Source of the DNA: Acutalibacteraceae bacterium
GTDB lineage: Bacteria > Bacillota > Clostridia > Oscillospirales > Acutalibacteraceae
Direction of reading: 5' to 3'
Assembly (NCBI GenBank): GCA_045535475.1
Contig: JAZSLR010000074.1
Location: 3,989 to 67,988, forward strand
Length of the DNA stretch: 64,000 nucleotides
Below are positions 38,099 through 47,560 of this stretch, in pieces (position 1 is the stretch's first letter; each line of letters opens with the position of its first letter). The notes beneath the pieces are model-generated. The model made no database searches. It was not told the origin of the DNA and saw only the letters and a list, made by a program, of their open reading frames with translations. A program made the position numbers and the translations under genes.

Positions 38099-38827
38099 TT
38101 AGAATAATGATTTATAAAATTCAAGCGTTTTGAATCTTTTACCCGTCTGTGCAAGCAAAAACTTTTCACAGACATCGGCAAAACGCTTTTCATCCTCAGC
38201 AGGCAGAGAAAAAGAATAGATTTTCTCTATCGGGTTTGCGCAGACGTGGCGCATCGCCGCAAGCACGGTCGGATTTATCCTCTCCCCCGCACCGCAGCCT
38301 TTGCAGTAAATACATCCGTCTGCAACATTAAAATAAATTTCGCCCGAAGGCTCATTGCCGCATTTGGAACAACCTGTCAGATCGGGCATAAATCCCGAAA
38401 ACATCATAAATTTAAGCTCCGTTACGGCTTTTAAAAAATTGTTTGAACGCCTTTGCTTTTCAAGCAGATGCATAGAATTGAGAATCACTCTGAGATAATT
38501 CTTAGCCGGCTCCATTTCGGGCACAAGCTCTGCCGCAAGAGCGCAGAAATACTGCGAAAGCGCAAGCTTTTCTATATCCTCGCGCAGTCCGAAAAAAACT
38601 TCCTTTGCAACAGCATCGTCGATTATGTAGCTGTCCCTGCTTTTGTAGACCGAAAAATCTCCGTAGCAGAAAGACTGCGTTGCGCCGTGCATACGGCTGT
38701 TTATTTTTTTTGCTCTGTTTGCAAAAGCTCTGATAACTCCGTATTCCGAAGTGAGCAGAGTAACAAGGCGGTCACTTTCCCCCGTGTCCGTTACCCTGAG
38801 CACCAGAGCGTCGGTATTCATTCTCAT
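38099..38827 (-). CDS. recO: DNA repair protein RecO
   Basis: ALVLR..DTGESDRLVTLLT..YG; C..CG...GC.YC..C zinc motif; position after era. Confidence 0.92.
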   Translation of the reverse strand: MRMNTDALVLRVTDTGESDRLVTLLTSEYGVIRAFANRAKKINSRMHGATQSFCYGDFSVYKSRDSYIIDDAVAKEVFFGLREDIEKLALSQYFCALAAELVPEMEPAKNYLRVILNSMHLLEKQRRSNNFLKAVTELKFMMFSGFMPDLTGCSKCGNEPSGEIYFNVADGCIYCKGCGAGERINPTVLAAMRHVCANPIEKIYSFSLPAEDEKRFADVCEKFLLAQTGKRFKTLEFYKSLF

Positions 38828-38933
38828 TCTGTTTTGCTCCCGAAGTAACGTTTGAAACGCAGTTACGGAATTCAAGATAATCCGCAACCGCACCGGTTTT
38901 TGAAAATCTGCGCCACGCCTGTTCTTTTTCCAT
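38772..38933 (-). CDS. YqzL-like small protein (53 aa, missed by the ORF track)
   Basis: MEKEQAWRRFSKTGAVADYLEFR...; W..F..TG....YL motif; GGGAG RBS; between era and recO as in Bacillus. Confidence 0.75.
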   Translation of the reverse strand: MEKEQAWRRFSKTGAVADYLEFRNCVSNVTSGAKQNENEYRRSGAQGNGHGGK

Positions 38934-39088
38934 ATTCACCATCTCCCGTTAATAAGTTAACCTTTTTTGACGGGATTAAAAGCGGGAAAAATATGAAAAG
39001 TTCAGAGTGCAGAGTTATGGGTCGCTTCGCTCCGGATTATATATCGCTCCGCAAAAAATTCATACGGCGCATTTATCACAATCAGACA

Positions 39089-39979
39089 TCAATCCAAGCC
39101 GAAATTGTGAATCAATCCTTCGCGGTTACGCCAGCCTTCCTTGACCTTTACCCAGCACTGAAGGTTGATTTTGCATTGGAAGAAGTTCTCCATATCGGCT
39201 CTGGCTCTTGTTGAAATCTTTTTGAGCATATCGCCCTTTTTGCCGATGATGATGCCCTTGTGGCTTTCTCTTTCGCAATAAATGGTTGCTTCAACATCCA
39301 TAATGTTGCTGCCGTCCGAGCGTTCACGCATTTTTTCGATGCTGACGGCAACGCCGTGGGGCACTTCCTTGTCAAGAAGAAGCAGCATTTTTTCTCTGAT
39401 AATTTCTCCTGCAAGCACTCTTTCGGGCTGGTCGGTGAGAGTATCGTCGGGGAAGAAGTGAACCGATTCATAAGTCAGCTTGTTAAGCTCATCTATGATA
39501 AGGTCAACGTTCTCATTTTTGAGAGCGCTGACGGGAACAACCGCTTCAAAATCAAATTCGTTTGTAAATTTAACGATTTTTTCCATAATCGCTTCTTTTT
39601 GCTTGACGGTATCAATTTTATTGATTGCAAGAACAACGGGTGCTTTCTCCGCTTTAAGACGCTTGAGAAGCTCAAGCTCCGCCTCACGGATATCGCCCTC
39701 GGGCTCGGTTACGAAAAGGCAGGCATCAACGCCGTTTATTCCTTCGCCGACCGCTTTAATCATCTTTTCGCCGAGCTTGGTTTTGGGTCGGTGATAACCC
39801 GGAGTGTCGGTAAATACAAGCTGGGTTTCGCCTTCGGTCAGAACGCCCATAATTCTTGTTCTCGTCGTCTGCGGTTTCTGGGTAACGATTGCTACCTTTT
39901 GACCGAGCATTCTGTTAAGAAGCGAGGATTTGCCGACGTTGGGGCATCCGACAATTGCAACAAATGCGGTTTTTGTCAT
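39089..39979 (-). CDS. era: GTPase Era
   Basis: G.PNVGKSSL, KPQTTR, DTPG, NKID, EIIREK, KH domain KGIIIGKKG. Confidence 0.96.
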   Translation of the reverse strand: MTKTAFVAIVGCPNVGKSSLLNRMLGQKVAIVTQKPQTTRTRIMGVLTEGETQLVFTDTPGYHRPKTKLGEKMIKAVGEGINGVDACLFVTEPEGDIREAELELLKRLKAEKAPVVLAINKIDTVKQKEAIMEKIVKFTNEFDFEAVVPVSALKNENVDLIIDELNKLTYESVHFFPDDTLTDQPERVLAGEIIREKMLLLLDKEVPHGVAVSIEKMRERSDGSNIMDVEATIYCERESHKGIIIGKKGDMLKKISTRARADMENFFQCKINLQCWVKVKEGWRNREGLIHNFGLD

Positions 39980-39989
39980 ATATAACTCC

Positions 39990-40481
39990 TTATTTGATAT
40001 GATTTCTGAAAAAATTCTTTATTCCGTACGGTCCTGCAAAAACAAATATCACGCTTGCAATAAAGCTGATGATAAATCCGATTAAGACAGGGATGTTTTC
40101 TTTATAGTATTCAAACATTTTTGCAAATGCTTCGGGTTGATAAAGGATTGAGATTCCGACTGCAACGGCACCGATTGCCGCAATAAGTACTGCACCAGCC
40201 GCCGCATCCTTTGAGATTTTTGCAAGCGGATTGAGTTCTTTTGTTTCAAGGTCAACCGCCTTTTCGACTGCGGTATTGACCGCTTCGAGCGCCAGAACCA
40301 TTCCGCAAACAGCAAACAGCAGAGCAAACTCGGTTCTGCTGACTTCAAAAAAATCGTGAATCGTCAGGAATCCGAACATATATGCCGTAAAGCACAGATG
40401 AATGCGCATATTGCGCTCGTGCGCTATGCAGTATGTAATTCCTCTGAAAGCATATACGAAGCTTTTAAGCAGATTTTTCAT
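39990..40481 (-). CDS. dgkA: Diacylglycerol/undecaprenol kinase family protein
   Basis: SF.YAF.GI, ERNMRIH, EAVNTAVE..VDL, AK.SKD.AAGAVL. Confidence 0.88.
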   Translation of the reverse strand: MKNLLKSFVYAFRGITYCIAHERNMRIHLCFTAYMFGFLTIHDFFEVSRTEFALLFAVCGMVLALEAVNTAVEKAVDLETKELNPLAKISKDAAAGAVLIAAIGAVAVGISILYQPEAFAKMFEYYKENIPVLIGFIISFIASVIFVFAGPYGIKNFFRNHIK

Positions 40482-40990
40482 ACATTTTCATCATCCATAT
40501 AATAACTTGAATTTCGTTTGAGACCGAGCTTTGTGAGAACCGTTTCTTCTTTTTCACGCATTCTCACGCTCTCCATTCCGCCGTTAACGTGGTCATATCC
40601 GAGCAGGTGAAGCATTGAGTGAACGGTAAGAAAACCGATTTCACGCTGAAGGGTATGACCGTATCTGTCTGCCTGGTCGATGGCGTGAGGAATCGAAATA
40701 ACGATATCGCCGAGCATCTTTGCACCTGTATCGTGGTTGATGTCGTAAACACCGTTTTCGCCCAGCGGGAAAGACAGAACATCGGTTGCTCTGTCGATAT
40801 TTCTGAACTGTTTGTTGAGTTTATGGATTTCTTCGTCATCAACAAAAGTAACGCTTACCTCTGCCGCACCGTCAAACTCCTCCTGAACAAGAACAGCCGT
40901 GCAGCAACGGCGCACGAGCATTCTGACACCGGTGGGAATACGGATTTCGCTCTGGTCGTTTGAAATAGCAACCTTAACCTTTCCTGTCAT
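40478..40990 (-). CDS. ybeY: rRNA maturation RNase YbeY
   Basis: TDVLSFP, LGDIVIS, HSMLHLLGYDH. Confidence 0.95.
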   Translation of the reverse strand: MTGKVKVAISNDQSEIRIPTGVRMLVRRCCTAVLVQEEFDGAAEVSVTFVDDEEIHKLNKQFRNIDRATDVLSFPLGENGVYDINHDTGAKMLGDIVISIPHAIDQADRYGHTLQREIGFLTVHSMLHLLGYDHVNGGMESVRMREKEETVLTKLGLKRNSSYYMDDENV

Positions 40991-41951
40991 TTCTTTTACG
41001 CTCCTCTTCCTGCTTTTCGTAAGCCTTTATGATATCCTGCACCAGTCTGTGGCGCACAACGTCCTTTTCGCTGAATCTTACTGTACCGATATCCTCAACA
41101 TTCTTGAGAATTCTGACCGCTTCTTTAAGTCCCGAGCGCTTGCCGTCGGGAAGGTCAATCTGTGTTACGTCGCCGGTAACAACCATTTTTGAATTGAAAC
41201 CAAGACGGGTAAGGAACATTTTCATCTGCTCCGCCGTGGTATTCTGTGCTTCGTCAAGAATGATGAAGCTGTCGTCAAGAGTACGTCCTCTCATATAAGC
41301 AAGGGGGGCAACTTCGATATCGCCCCTCTCCTGATGCTTCTGAAAATTCTCTGCGCCGAGCATATCAAAAAGTGCATCATAAAGAGGTCTTAAATACGGG
41401 TCAACCTTCGACTGCAGGTCACCGGGGAGAAAGCCGAGCTTTTCGCCCGCTTCAACTGCAGGCCTTGTCAGCACAATGCGGTTGATTTCCTTTGCTCTGA
41501 AAGCCGTGACAGCCATTGCAACGGCAAGGTAGGTTTTACCCGTACCCGCAGGGCCGATGCCGAAGGTGATTGTGTTGTTACGGATTGTTTCGATATATTT
41601 TTTCTGACCGAGGGTCTTGGGCTTTACGGGCTTACCCTTTGAGGTTATGCACACGCAGTCCGCCGCCATATGAACAAGCTTATCTTCGTTGCCGTCATTG
41701 ACAAGAGAAAGAACATAGCGAACATTCTGGTCGCTCAGCGATTCACCTCTGTTGATGAGGGTCAGAAGTCCGTTGATTGCACGAACGCCCTTCTGCACAT
41801 TCTCAGCTTCTCCCGTAACCTTAAGCTCCGAGCCACGGCTGATAACCGACACGCCGAATTCCTTTTCGATAAGCTTCACATTTTCATCAAAGCTTCCGAA
41901 AAGGCTTACCGCCTGCTCCATTCTGTCAACATTGATAATTTGCTCAAACAT
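40974..41951 (-). CDS. PhoH family ATPase
   Basis: GPAGTGKT, RPAVEAGEKLGFLPGD, AYMRGRTL, DEAQN, GD.TQIDLP; start reassigned to ATG 41951. Confidence 0.93.
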   Translation of the reverse strand: MFEQIINVDRMEQAVSLFGSFDENVKLIEKEFGVSVISRGSELKVTGEAENVQKGVRAINGLLTLINRGESLSDQNVRYVLSLVNDGNEDKLVHMAADCVCITSKGKPVKPKTLGQKKYIETIRNNTITFGIGPAGTGKTYLAVAMAVTAFRAKEINRIVLTRPAVEAGEKLGFLPGDLQSKVDPYLRPLYDALFDMLGAENFQKHQERGDIEVAPLAYMRGRTLDDSFIILDEAQNTTAEQMKMFLTRLGFNSKMVVTGDVTQIDLPDGKRSGLKEAVRILKNVEDIGTVRFSEKDVVRHRLVQDIIKAYEKQEEERKRNDRKG

Positions 41952-42113
41952 AGATTCACCCCATCGGCTCATAACAATACAGTTTAGTATAACACAATAC
42001 TTTATAAAAGTCACTATAATAATTAAATAATTTTTAAAAATGTAAGGTTGATATTATTCTGCCGATGTGATATACTATTTGTGTATTTCAACAAATGAAA
42101 GGATGTTTTTATT

Positions 42114-42314
42114 ATGACAGAAATCACAAAAGATATGAAAATCGGCGATATCCTCGACGCTAACCGCGAGGTTGCTCCCTTCTTCCTTGAGATGGGTATG
42201 CACTGCCTCGGCTGCCCCTCGGCAAGAAACGAAAGCGTTGCTCAGGCTTGTATGGTTCACGGCGTCAATGCTGACGAACTCATCGCAAAAATCAACGCAT
42301 TCCTTGCAAAATAA
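42114..42314 (+). CDS. DUF1858 domain protein
   Basis: ITKDM.IGDIL...GMHCLGCP...ES...AC.VHG. Confidence 0.85.
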   Translation: MTEITKDMKIGDILDANREVAPFFLEMGMHCLGCPSARNESVAQACMVHGVNADELIAKINAFLAK

Positions 42315-43009
42315 TGATTAACCTCAGCGAAAGAATGCTAATGGCGGCAAGGATGGTCAGAAGCGGCAATGCCGTTGCCGATATCGGCACAGACCACGCC
42401 TATCTGCCCGCTTATCTGATTCTCCGCGGCATTTCTCCGAAGGCTCTTGCGTGCGATGTGCGCAAGGGTCCGCTTGAGAATGCAAAAAAGACAGTTGAAG
42501 CTTATTCAATTGAAGAAAAAACCACACTCAGGCTTTCGGACGGATTCGACGAAATCGAACCGTTTGAGGCCGATGATTTTATTATGTGCGGAATGGGCGG
42601 CACTCTTATGGAACAGCTTGTTTCACGCACATACTGGCTTAAGGATAAAAGAAAAAGAATCATCGTTCAGCCGCAGTCGCACGCCGAGGATATCAGAAGA
42701 TTTTTTGTTGAAAACGGGTTTGAGATTCTCTATGAGGATGCGTGCATTGACTCGGGCAAGCTTTACTGCGCAATGGCGGCTGAATACACGGGCAAAACCG
42801 AAGAAAAAAGCGTTTCATACATATATTCGGGTGAGCTTCCGAAATGCAGAAAAAAAGAAGCAAAAATGTTTCTTGAAAGCATCAATTCACGCCTGAAAAA
42901 GAAGCTTGAAGCCGAAAAAATCCACGGCACTCCGCAAAATGCGGAATATCTTGAAAAAGTAACAAATGAACTGGAGGAAACAATCAATGGAATGCAGACC
43001 GACAGTTAA
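42314..43009 (+). CDS. trmK: tRNA (adenine(22)-N1)-methyltransferase
   Basis: ADIGTDHAYLP, GPLENA, LSDG, GMGG.L, QP. Confidence 0.9.
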   Translation: MINLSERMLMAARMVRSGNAVADIGTDHAYLPAYLILRGISPKALACDVRKGPLENAKKTVEAYSIEEKTTLRLSDGFDEIEPFEADDFIMCGMGGTLMEQLVSRTYWLKDKRKRIIVQPQSHAEDIRRFFVENGFEILYEDACIDSGKLYCAMAAEYTGKTEEKSVSYIYSGELPKCRKKEAKMFLESINSRLKKKLEAEKIHGTPQNAEYLEKVTNELEETINGMQTDS

Positions 43010-43748
43010 AAATATATATGATTTTATCGACTCAATCGCACCGTTTGAGAAACAATGCGAATGGGATAACAGCGGACTTCTTATCGGGAATCCCTGCCGT
43101 GAAATTTCAAAAATCGGCGTTGTGCTCGACATCACCTCAGATGCAGTAAAATATGCGGCGGAAAGAGGAATTGAGCTGATAGTCAGCCACCATCCCGTCA
43201 TCTTCAGACCCGTCAAAAGCTTTCTTGACGGCGATGTTTCATATATGCTCGCCGCAAACGGCATCTCGGCAATCTGTGCGCACACCTCGCTCGACTGCGC
43301 AAGCGGCGGAGTTAACGATGTGCTTGCGGAAACACTCGGATTCAAAAATCCCATACCTCTTGCCGAGTCGGGCGAAGCTGCAATGATAAGAAAGGTCGTT
43401 ATCGACGAAACCGAAGCCGATGCTCTCGCAATGCTCATTGCGGACAGACTTTCAACCGGCGTTCAGCTTGCAGACTGCGGCAAAACGATTGATACCGTTG
43501 CGCTCTGCGGCGGTGCGGGCGGCGATTTTATTCACACAGTTGCCGAAAACGGCTGCGACGCTTATATAACAGGCGAAGCAAAGCACCACGAATTCCTTGC
43601 TGCATATGAGCTGGGCGTTACTCTCATTGCGGCAGGTCATTTTGAAACGGAAAACCCCGTTGTTGCCGTGCTCGCAAACCGAATCAAAGAAAACTTCGAC
43701 TGCGAAGTTGAAATCATCCCGCAGAAATCTCCCGTGGAATATTTTTAA
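42987..43748 (+). CDS. Nif3-like dinuclear metal centre hexameric protein
   Basis: WDNSGL, SHHPVIF, HTSLD..GGVND, GGAG, TGE..HH, GHFETE. Confidence 0.92.
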   Translation: MECRPTVKNIYDFIDSIAPFEKQCEWDNSGLLIGNPCREISKIGVVLDITSDAVKYAAERGIELIVSHHPVIFRPVKSFLDGDVSYMLAANGISAICAHTSLDCASGGVNDVLAETLGFKNPIPLAESGEAAMIRKVVIDETEADALAMLIADRLSTGVQLADCGKTIDTVALCGGAGGDFIHTVAENGCDAYITGEAKHHEFLAAYELGVTLIAAGHFETENPVVAVLANRIKENFDCEVEIIPQKSPVEYF

Positions 43749-43762
43749 TGAGGAAATAAACT

Positions 43763-45517
43763 ATGCCCCTTGACGGAATTACCATAAATTTATTAAAACA
43801 AGAGCTTTCGCAATTCATCGTCGGAAGCCGAATAGAAAAAATACACCAGCCATCAAAAGACGAGCTGGTGTTTCATCTGCGTTCAAGAGAAGGTGCATAC
43901 CGTCTGCTTGTGTCGGCATCGGCTAACAGTCCGAGGCTTCACCTTACGGCAAGAGCGCCTGAAAATCCTGCAACTCCGCCTATGCTCTGTATGCTGTTCA
44001 GAAAGCATCTGACAGGCGCAACGATAACAAACATTCGTCAGCTCGGACTCGACCGTGTTGTTTTTATCGACCTTTCGGGCACTAACGAAATCGGTGATGC
44101 GGTAACTTTCACCCTTTGCGTGGAAATTATGGCGAAACACAGCAACATCATCCTTGTCAATTCCGACGGAACAATAGTAGATGCTGTAAAGCGAGTTGAC
44201 TTTACACAGTCGTCCGTAAGGCAGATTCTGCCAACCTTCAGATATGAGCTTCCGCCACGTCAGAACAAACTGAATCTGACCGAAACGGATGTTGATTTTG
44301 CCGTTTCATCAATAAAAAACTGTGTCGGAAAGCGTCTTTCGGGCGCAATTCTTGAAACTCTCGAAGGCGTTTCTCCCTTGATAAGCCGAGAAATTGCATC
44401 ATTTTCGTGCGGCGGCGACATCGGCACAGCGGAAATGAACGAAATAAACGAGCAAAGACTTTCTAAAAAGCTTTCCGAAGTCAAAGAAACTTTGCTTTCG
44501 GGCAAGGCATCACCGACAATGCTGATGCGCGAGAATGTAAAACCTTATGACTTTACATTCACTGATATCACGCAGTACGGATTCACCGTAACGGCAAGAC
44601 CTTTTGAGAGCTTTTCGGAGCTTCTTGACGACTTTTATTATGAAAAAGACCGCTTTGAGAGAACGCGTCAGCGCAGTCAATCGCTTCTGAAATTGCTCAA
44701 CAATGCCGCTGCAAGAGCTGCAAGAAAACTGCAGAGCAGGCAGGCAGAGCTTGAAGCTTGTGCAGACCGTGACACCCTGCGTATAAATGCGGAGTTGATT
44801 CTCGCAAATCAGTACAGACTCGAAAAAGGCTCTCTTTTCTACGACCTTGAAAATTTTTACAACAATAATGAACCCATCCGCATTTCCGCCGACCCCGCAC
44901 TTTCACCTGCGGCAAATGCACAAAAATATTTCAAGGAATACCGCAAGGCAAAGGTTGCCGAAAGTATGCTCGGTGAATTGATTGAGCAGAGCGAGCAGGA
45001 ACTTGCGTATCTTGAATCGGTTATTGACTCCGTCAACCGTGCAGACGGTTACACGGAGCTTGCTGAAATCCGCAACGAGCTTTATGAGCAGGGATATCTC
45101 AAGCGTGCAAAGAATGATAAAACAAAAAAGGCAAAACCGATGCCGCCGATGGAATATGTTTCCGATGACGGTTACACAATCCTTGTCGGCAGAAACAATG
45201 TTCAGAATGACCTGCTGACATTCAAGACTGCCGCAAAGGATGATTCGTGGTTTCACACCCAGAAAATCCCCGGCTCACACGTTGTTGTTATCGGCAACGG
45301 CGATATAATCCCCGAGCTTACCTGCCGTCAGGCGGCGATACTTGCCGCATACCACAGCGGCGGACGAGAATCATCGCAGGTTGCGGTTGATTATACGGAA
45401 GTCCGTATGCTCAAAAAGCCGACCGGCGCAAAACCGGGCAAGGTTATTTACCACACATATAACACAATGTGGGTAACTCCCGACAGAGAGCTTTGTGAAA
45501 GACTTAAGAAAAAATAG
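43763..45517 (+). CDS. rqcH: Ribosome quality control factor RqcH (NFACT/FbpA family)
   Basis: MPLDG, KIHQP, M.FRKHL, EIM.KHSNIIL, NAQKYFK.Y.K, VGRNN.QND.LT, WFH....PGSHV, KKP.GAKPG.V.Y. Confidence 0.92.
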   Translation: MPLDGITINLLKQELSQFIVGSRIEKIHQPSKDELVFHLRSREGAYRLLVSASANSPRLHLTARAPENPATPPMLCMLFRKHLTGATITNIRQLGLDRVVFIDLSGTNEIGDAVTFTLCVEIMAKHSNIILVNSDGTIVDAVKRVDFTQSSVRQILPTFRYELPPRQNKLNLTETDVDFAVSSIKNCVGKRLSGAILETLEGVSPLISREIASFSCGGDIGTAEMNEINEQRLSKKLSEVKETLLSGKASPTMLMRENVKPYDFTFTDITQYGFTVTARPFESFSELLDDFYYEKDRFERTRQRSQSLLKLLNNAAARAARKLQSRQAELEACADRDTLRINAELILANQYRLEKGSLFYDLENFYNNNEPIRISADPALSPAANAQKYFKEYRKAKVAESMLGELIEQSEQELAYLESVIDSVNRADGYTELAEIRNELYEQGYLKRAKNDKTKKAKPMPPMEYVSDDGYTILVGRNNVQNDLLTFKTAAKDDSWFHTQKIPGSHVVVIGNGDIIPELTCRQAAILAAYHSGGRESSQVAVDYTEVRMLKKPTGAKPGKVIYHTYNTMWVTPDRELCERLKKK

Positions 45518-45521
45518 TGAC

Positions 45522-45557
45522 AAAAAAACCGCCGACTTTAAAAGTCAGCGGTTTTTG
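45522..45557. terminator. Bidirectional terminator
   Basis: AAAAAACCGCCGAC-TTTAAAA-GTCAGCGGTTTTT. Confidence 0.75.
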
Positions 45558-45559
45558 TT

Positions 45560-45793
45560 TTACTGAATATCGTCTGTGCCGGTTTCGACAAGGCTTTCGG
45601 TGTCCCTGAAAAGAAGTGACACGCACCAGACACCTGCAAGGGCAATAACCGTGTAGACAATTCTGCTGAGAATTGCGCCCTGACCGCCGAAAATCCAAGC
45701 AACAAGGTCAAACTGAAACAGACCGATGCTGCCCCAGTTAAGAGCACCGACGATTACGAGGGCAAGTGAAATTTTATCAAGTATTCGTTTCAA
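45560..45793 (-). CDS. DUF378 (YuzA-like) small membrane protein
   Basis: LVIVGALNWG.IGLF.FDLV..IFG...SRIVY; TTG start behind AAGGAG. Confidence 0.88.
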   Translation of the reverse strand: MKRILDKISLALVIVGALNWGSIGLFQFDLVAWIFGGQGAILSRIVYTVIALAGVWCVSLLFRDTESLVETGTDDIQ

Positions 45794-45816
45794 CTCCTTA
45801 ATGACTTTCTCGAAGT

Positions 45817-45845
45817 TATTATGAGTTAAAAAGGATGCTTTATTC
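45817..45845 (-). promoter_or_regulatory. Putative SigG promoter of the DUF378 gene
   Basis: Minus strand GAATA-N17-CATAATA. Confidence 0.6.
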
Positions 45846-45864
45846 TTTGTTTTATTGGGAATTT

Positions 45865-46416
45865 TTAGAATTCAAAATCAACGTCACTGTCTTTTAAAAG
45901 CGGCGCATTTTTGTCTTTTTCTGAAAGAACGGGGTCTGTTACGCCCCATTCAACGCCGATTTCAGCATCGTCAAAGCGTATGCTTCTGTCGTTTTCCGGC
46001 GAATAAAAATCATCAACCTTATATGCGATTTCAACATCATCCGTCAAAGTAACAAAGCCGTGAAGACAGCCTTTGGGAATAAAAAGCATTTTTTTGTTTT
46101 CTGCACTCAGCTCAACCGCAACCCATTTCATATAAGTGGGCGAGCCTCTACGGATATCGACCGCAACATCGAGGATTGCACCCTTTATGCAAGAAACGAG
46201 CTTTGCCTGCGCCATAGGATTTTTCTGGCAGTGCAGACCTCTGAGCGTTCCTTTTTTTGCAGAAAAAGAACGGTTATCCTGAACAAAGTCGGCTTTTATG
46301 CCGACTTTTTCAAAATCTTTTTTTGAATATGTTTCACAAAACCAGCCGCGGTTATCACCGAAAACCTGAGGCTCGGCTTCAAAAACACCGCTGATTGCGG
46401 TTTCATTCAGTTTCAT
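45865..46416 (-). CDS. rfbC: dTDP-4-dehydrorhamnose 3,5-epimerase
   Basis: [40 protein letters not shown]; start reassigned to ATG 46416. Confidence 0.93.
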   Translation of the reverse strand: MKLNETAISGVFEAEPQVFGDNRGWFCETYSKKDFEKVGIKADFVQDNRSFSAKKGTLRGLHCQKNPMAQAKLVSCIKGAILDVAVDIRRGSPTYMKWVAVELSAENKKMLFIPKGCLHGFVTLTDDVEIAYKVDDFYSPENDRSIRFDDAEIGVEWGVTDPVLSEKDKNAPLLKDSDVDFEF

Positions 46417-47350
46417 TTTTTGCCTCCGTGCCCCAGCAGGGTCTTTCGCCCGGCTTATCTGCGGAATAAAGTATCTTGCCCTCAGCAACAGACCTGAGAT
46501 GCTGACCGTAGGACGATTTGCCGTATTTTTCAGCCGAACGAAGCAAAGCATCTCTGCTTATCCAGCGCATATTGTATGCAATCTCTTCAGGTGCGGAAAT
46601 CTTGATTCCCTGAAGTTTTTCAACTGTTCTGATGAAGTTTGCCGCATCCATAAGATTTTCAACAGTACCCGTATCAAGCCAGGCAAAGCCTCTGCCCATA
46701 AGCCTGATATCAAGGTCACCGTTCTGGAGATACATCTGGTTGATATCGGTTATTTCAAGCTCGCCGCGTTTTGAAGGCTTGAGCGACTTTGCATATTCAA
46801 CAACACGGTTATCATAGAAATAAAGACCCGTTACCGCATAATTTGATTTGGGAACTTCCGGCTTTTCTTCAATGGAAACGGGAACTCCGTTTTCGTCGAA
46901 TTCAACAACACCGAATGCTTGCGGATTGTCAACATAATAGCCGAAAATGGTTGCTCGGTTTTTGTTTTTTGCCGCCTGCCTGAGCATATGTCCCAGACCA
47001 TTGCCGTAGAAAATATTATCGCCGAGAATCATCGCAACATCATCGTCGCCGATAAATTCTTCACCAATGATGAATGCCTGAGCAAGGCCGTCGGGGCTTT
47101 GCTGAACCGCATATGAAAGATTAAGACCGAACTGCCTTCCGTTGCCGAGAAGCTCACGGAATTTCGGAGTATCCGTCGGGGTTGAAATGATAAGAATTTC
47201 TCTTATACCTGCAAGCATAAGCGTTGACAGGGGATAATATATCATAGGTTTGTCATAAACGGGCAGAAGCTGCTTACTTGTTACCATAGTCAGAGGATAA
47301 AGCCTCGTGCCTGAACCGCCCGCAAGAATGATACCTTTCAATTGATTCAC
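46403..47350 (-). CDS. rfbA: Glucose-1-phosphate thymidylyltransferase
   Basis: [57 protein letters not shown]. Confidence 0.95.
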   Translation of the reverse strand: MNQLKGIILAGGSGTRLYPLTMVTSKQLLPVYDKPMIYYPLSTLMLAGIREILIISTPTDTPKFRELLGNGRQFGLNLSYAVQQSPDGLAQAFIIGEEFIGDDDVAMILGDNIFYGNGLGHMLRQAAKNKNRATIFGYYVDNPQAFGVVEFDENGVPVSIEEKPEVPKSNYAVTGLYFYDNRVVEYAKSLKPSKRGELEITDINQMYLQNGDLDIRLMGRGFAWLDTGTVENLMDAANFIRTVEKLQGIKISAPEEIAYNMRWISRDALLRSAEKYGKSSYGQHLRSVAEGKILYSADKPGERPCWGTEAKNETE

Positions 47351-47491
47351 TCCGTTTCAAATGAAGATGTATTTGCCGCAACATCTTTAGAATATAATAT
47401 CACCTTTTGTAGAAATTGTCAACAAACAAAGCCGTGCAAAGACATCCGTTTATGAAAAATGTTATAAAGATAAAATAATTCAAAATAACAG

Positions 47492-47520
47492 TTTACATTT
47501 AAAAATAAATATGATATAAT
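47492..47520 (+). promoter_or_regulatory. SigA promoter of uvrBA
   Basis: TTTACA-N17-TATAAT with TG extended -10. Confidence 0.75.
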
Positions 47521-47525
47521 TGAAT

Positions 47526-47537
47526 GAACATTTGTTC
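47526..47537. promoter_or_regulatory. LexA (SOS) box
   Basis: GAAC-ATTT-GTTC, the Firmicutes GAAC-N4-GTTC core, overlapping the predicted transcription start of uvrB. Confidence 0.8.
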
Positions 47538-47560
47538 ATAGCTTTGACGGGAGAAAATTT

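Noticed and set aside
39260-39985. 241-aa plus-strand ORF
   Set aside because: Antisense shadow of era
46403-46470. RfbA C-terminal extension overlapping rfbC
   Set aside because: About 20 extra residues, most simply stop-codon drift giving translational coupling; rfbB/rfbD may lie elsewhere
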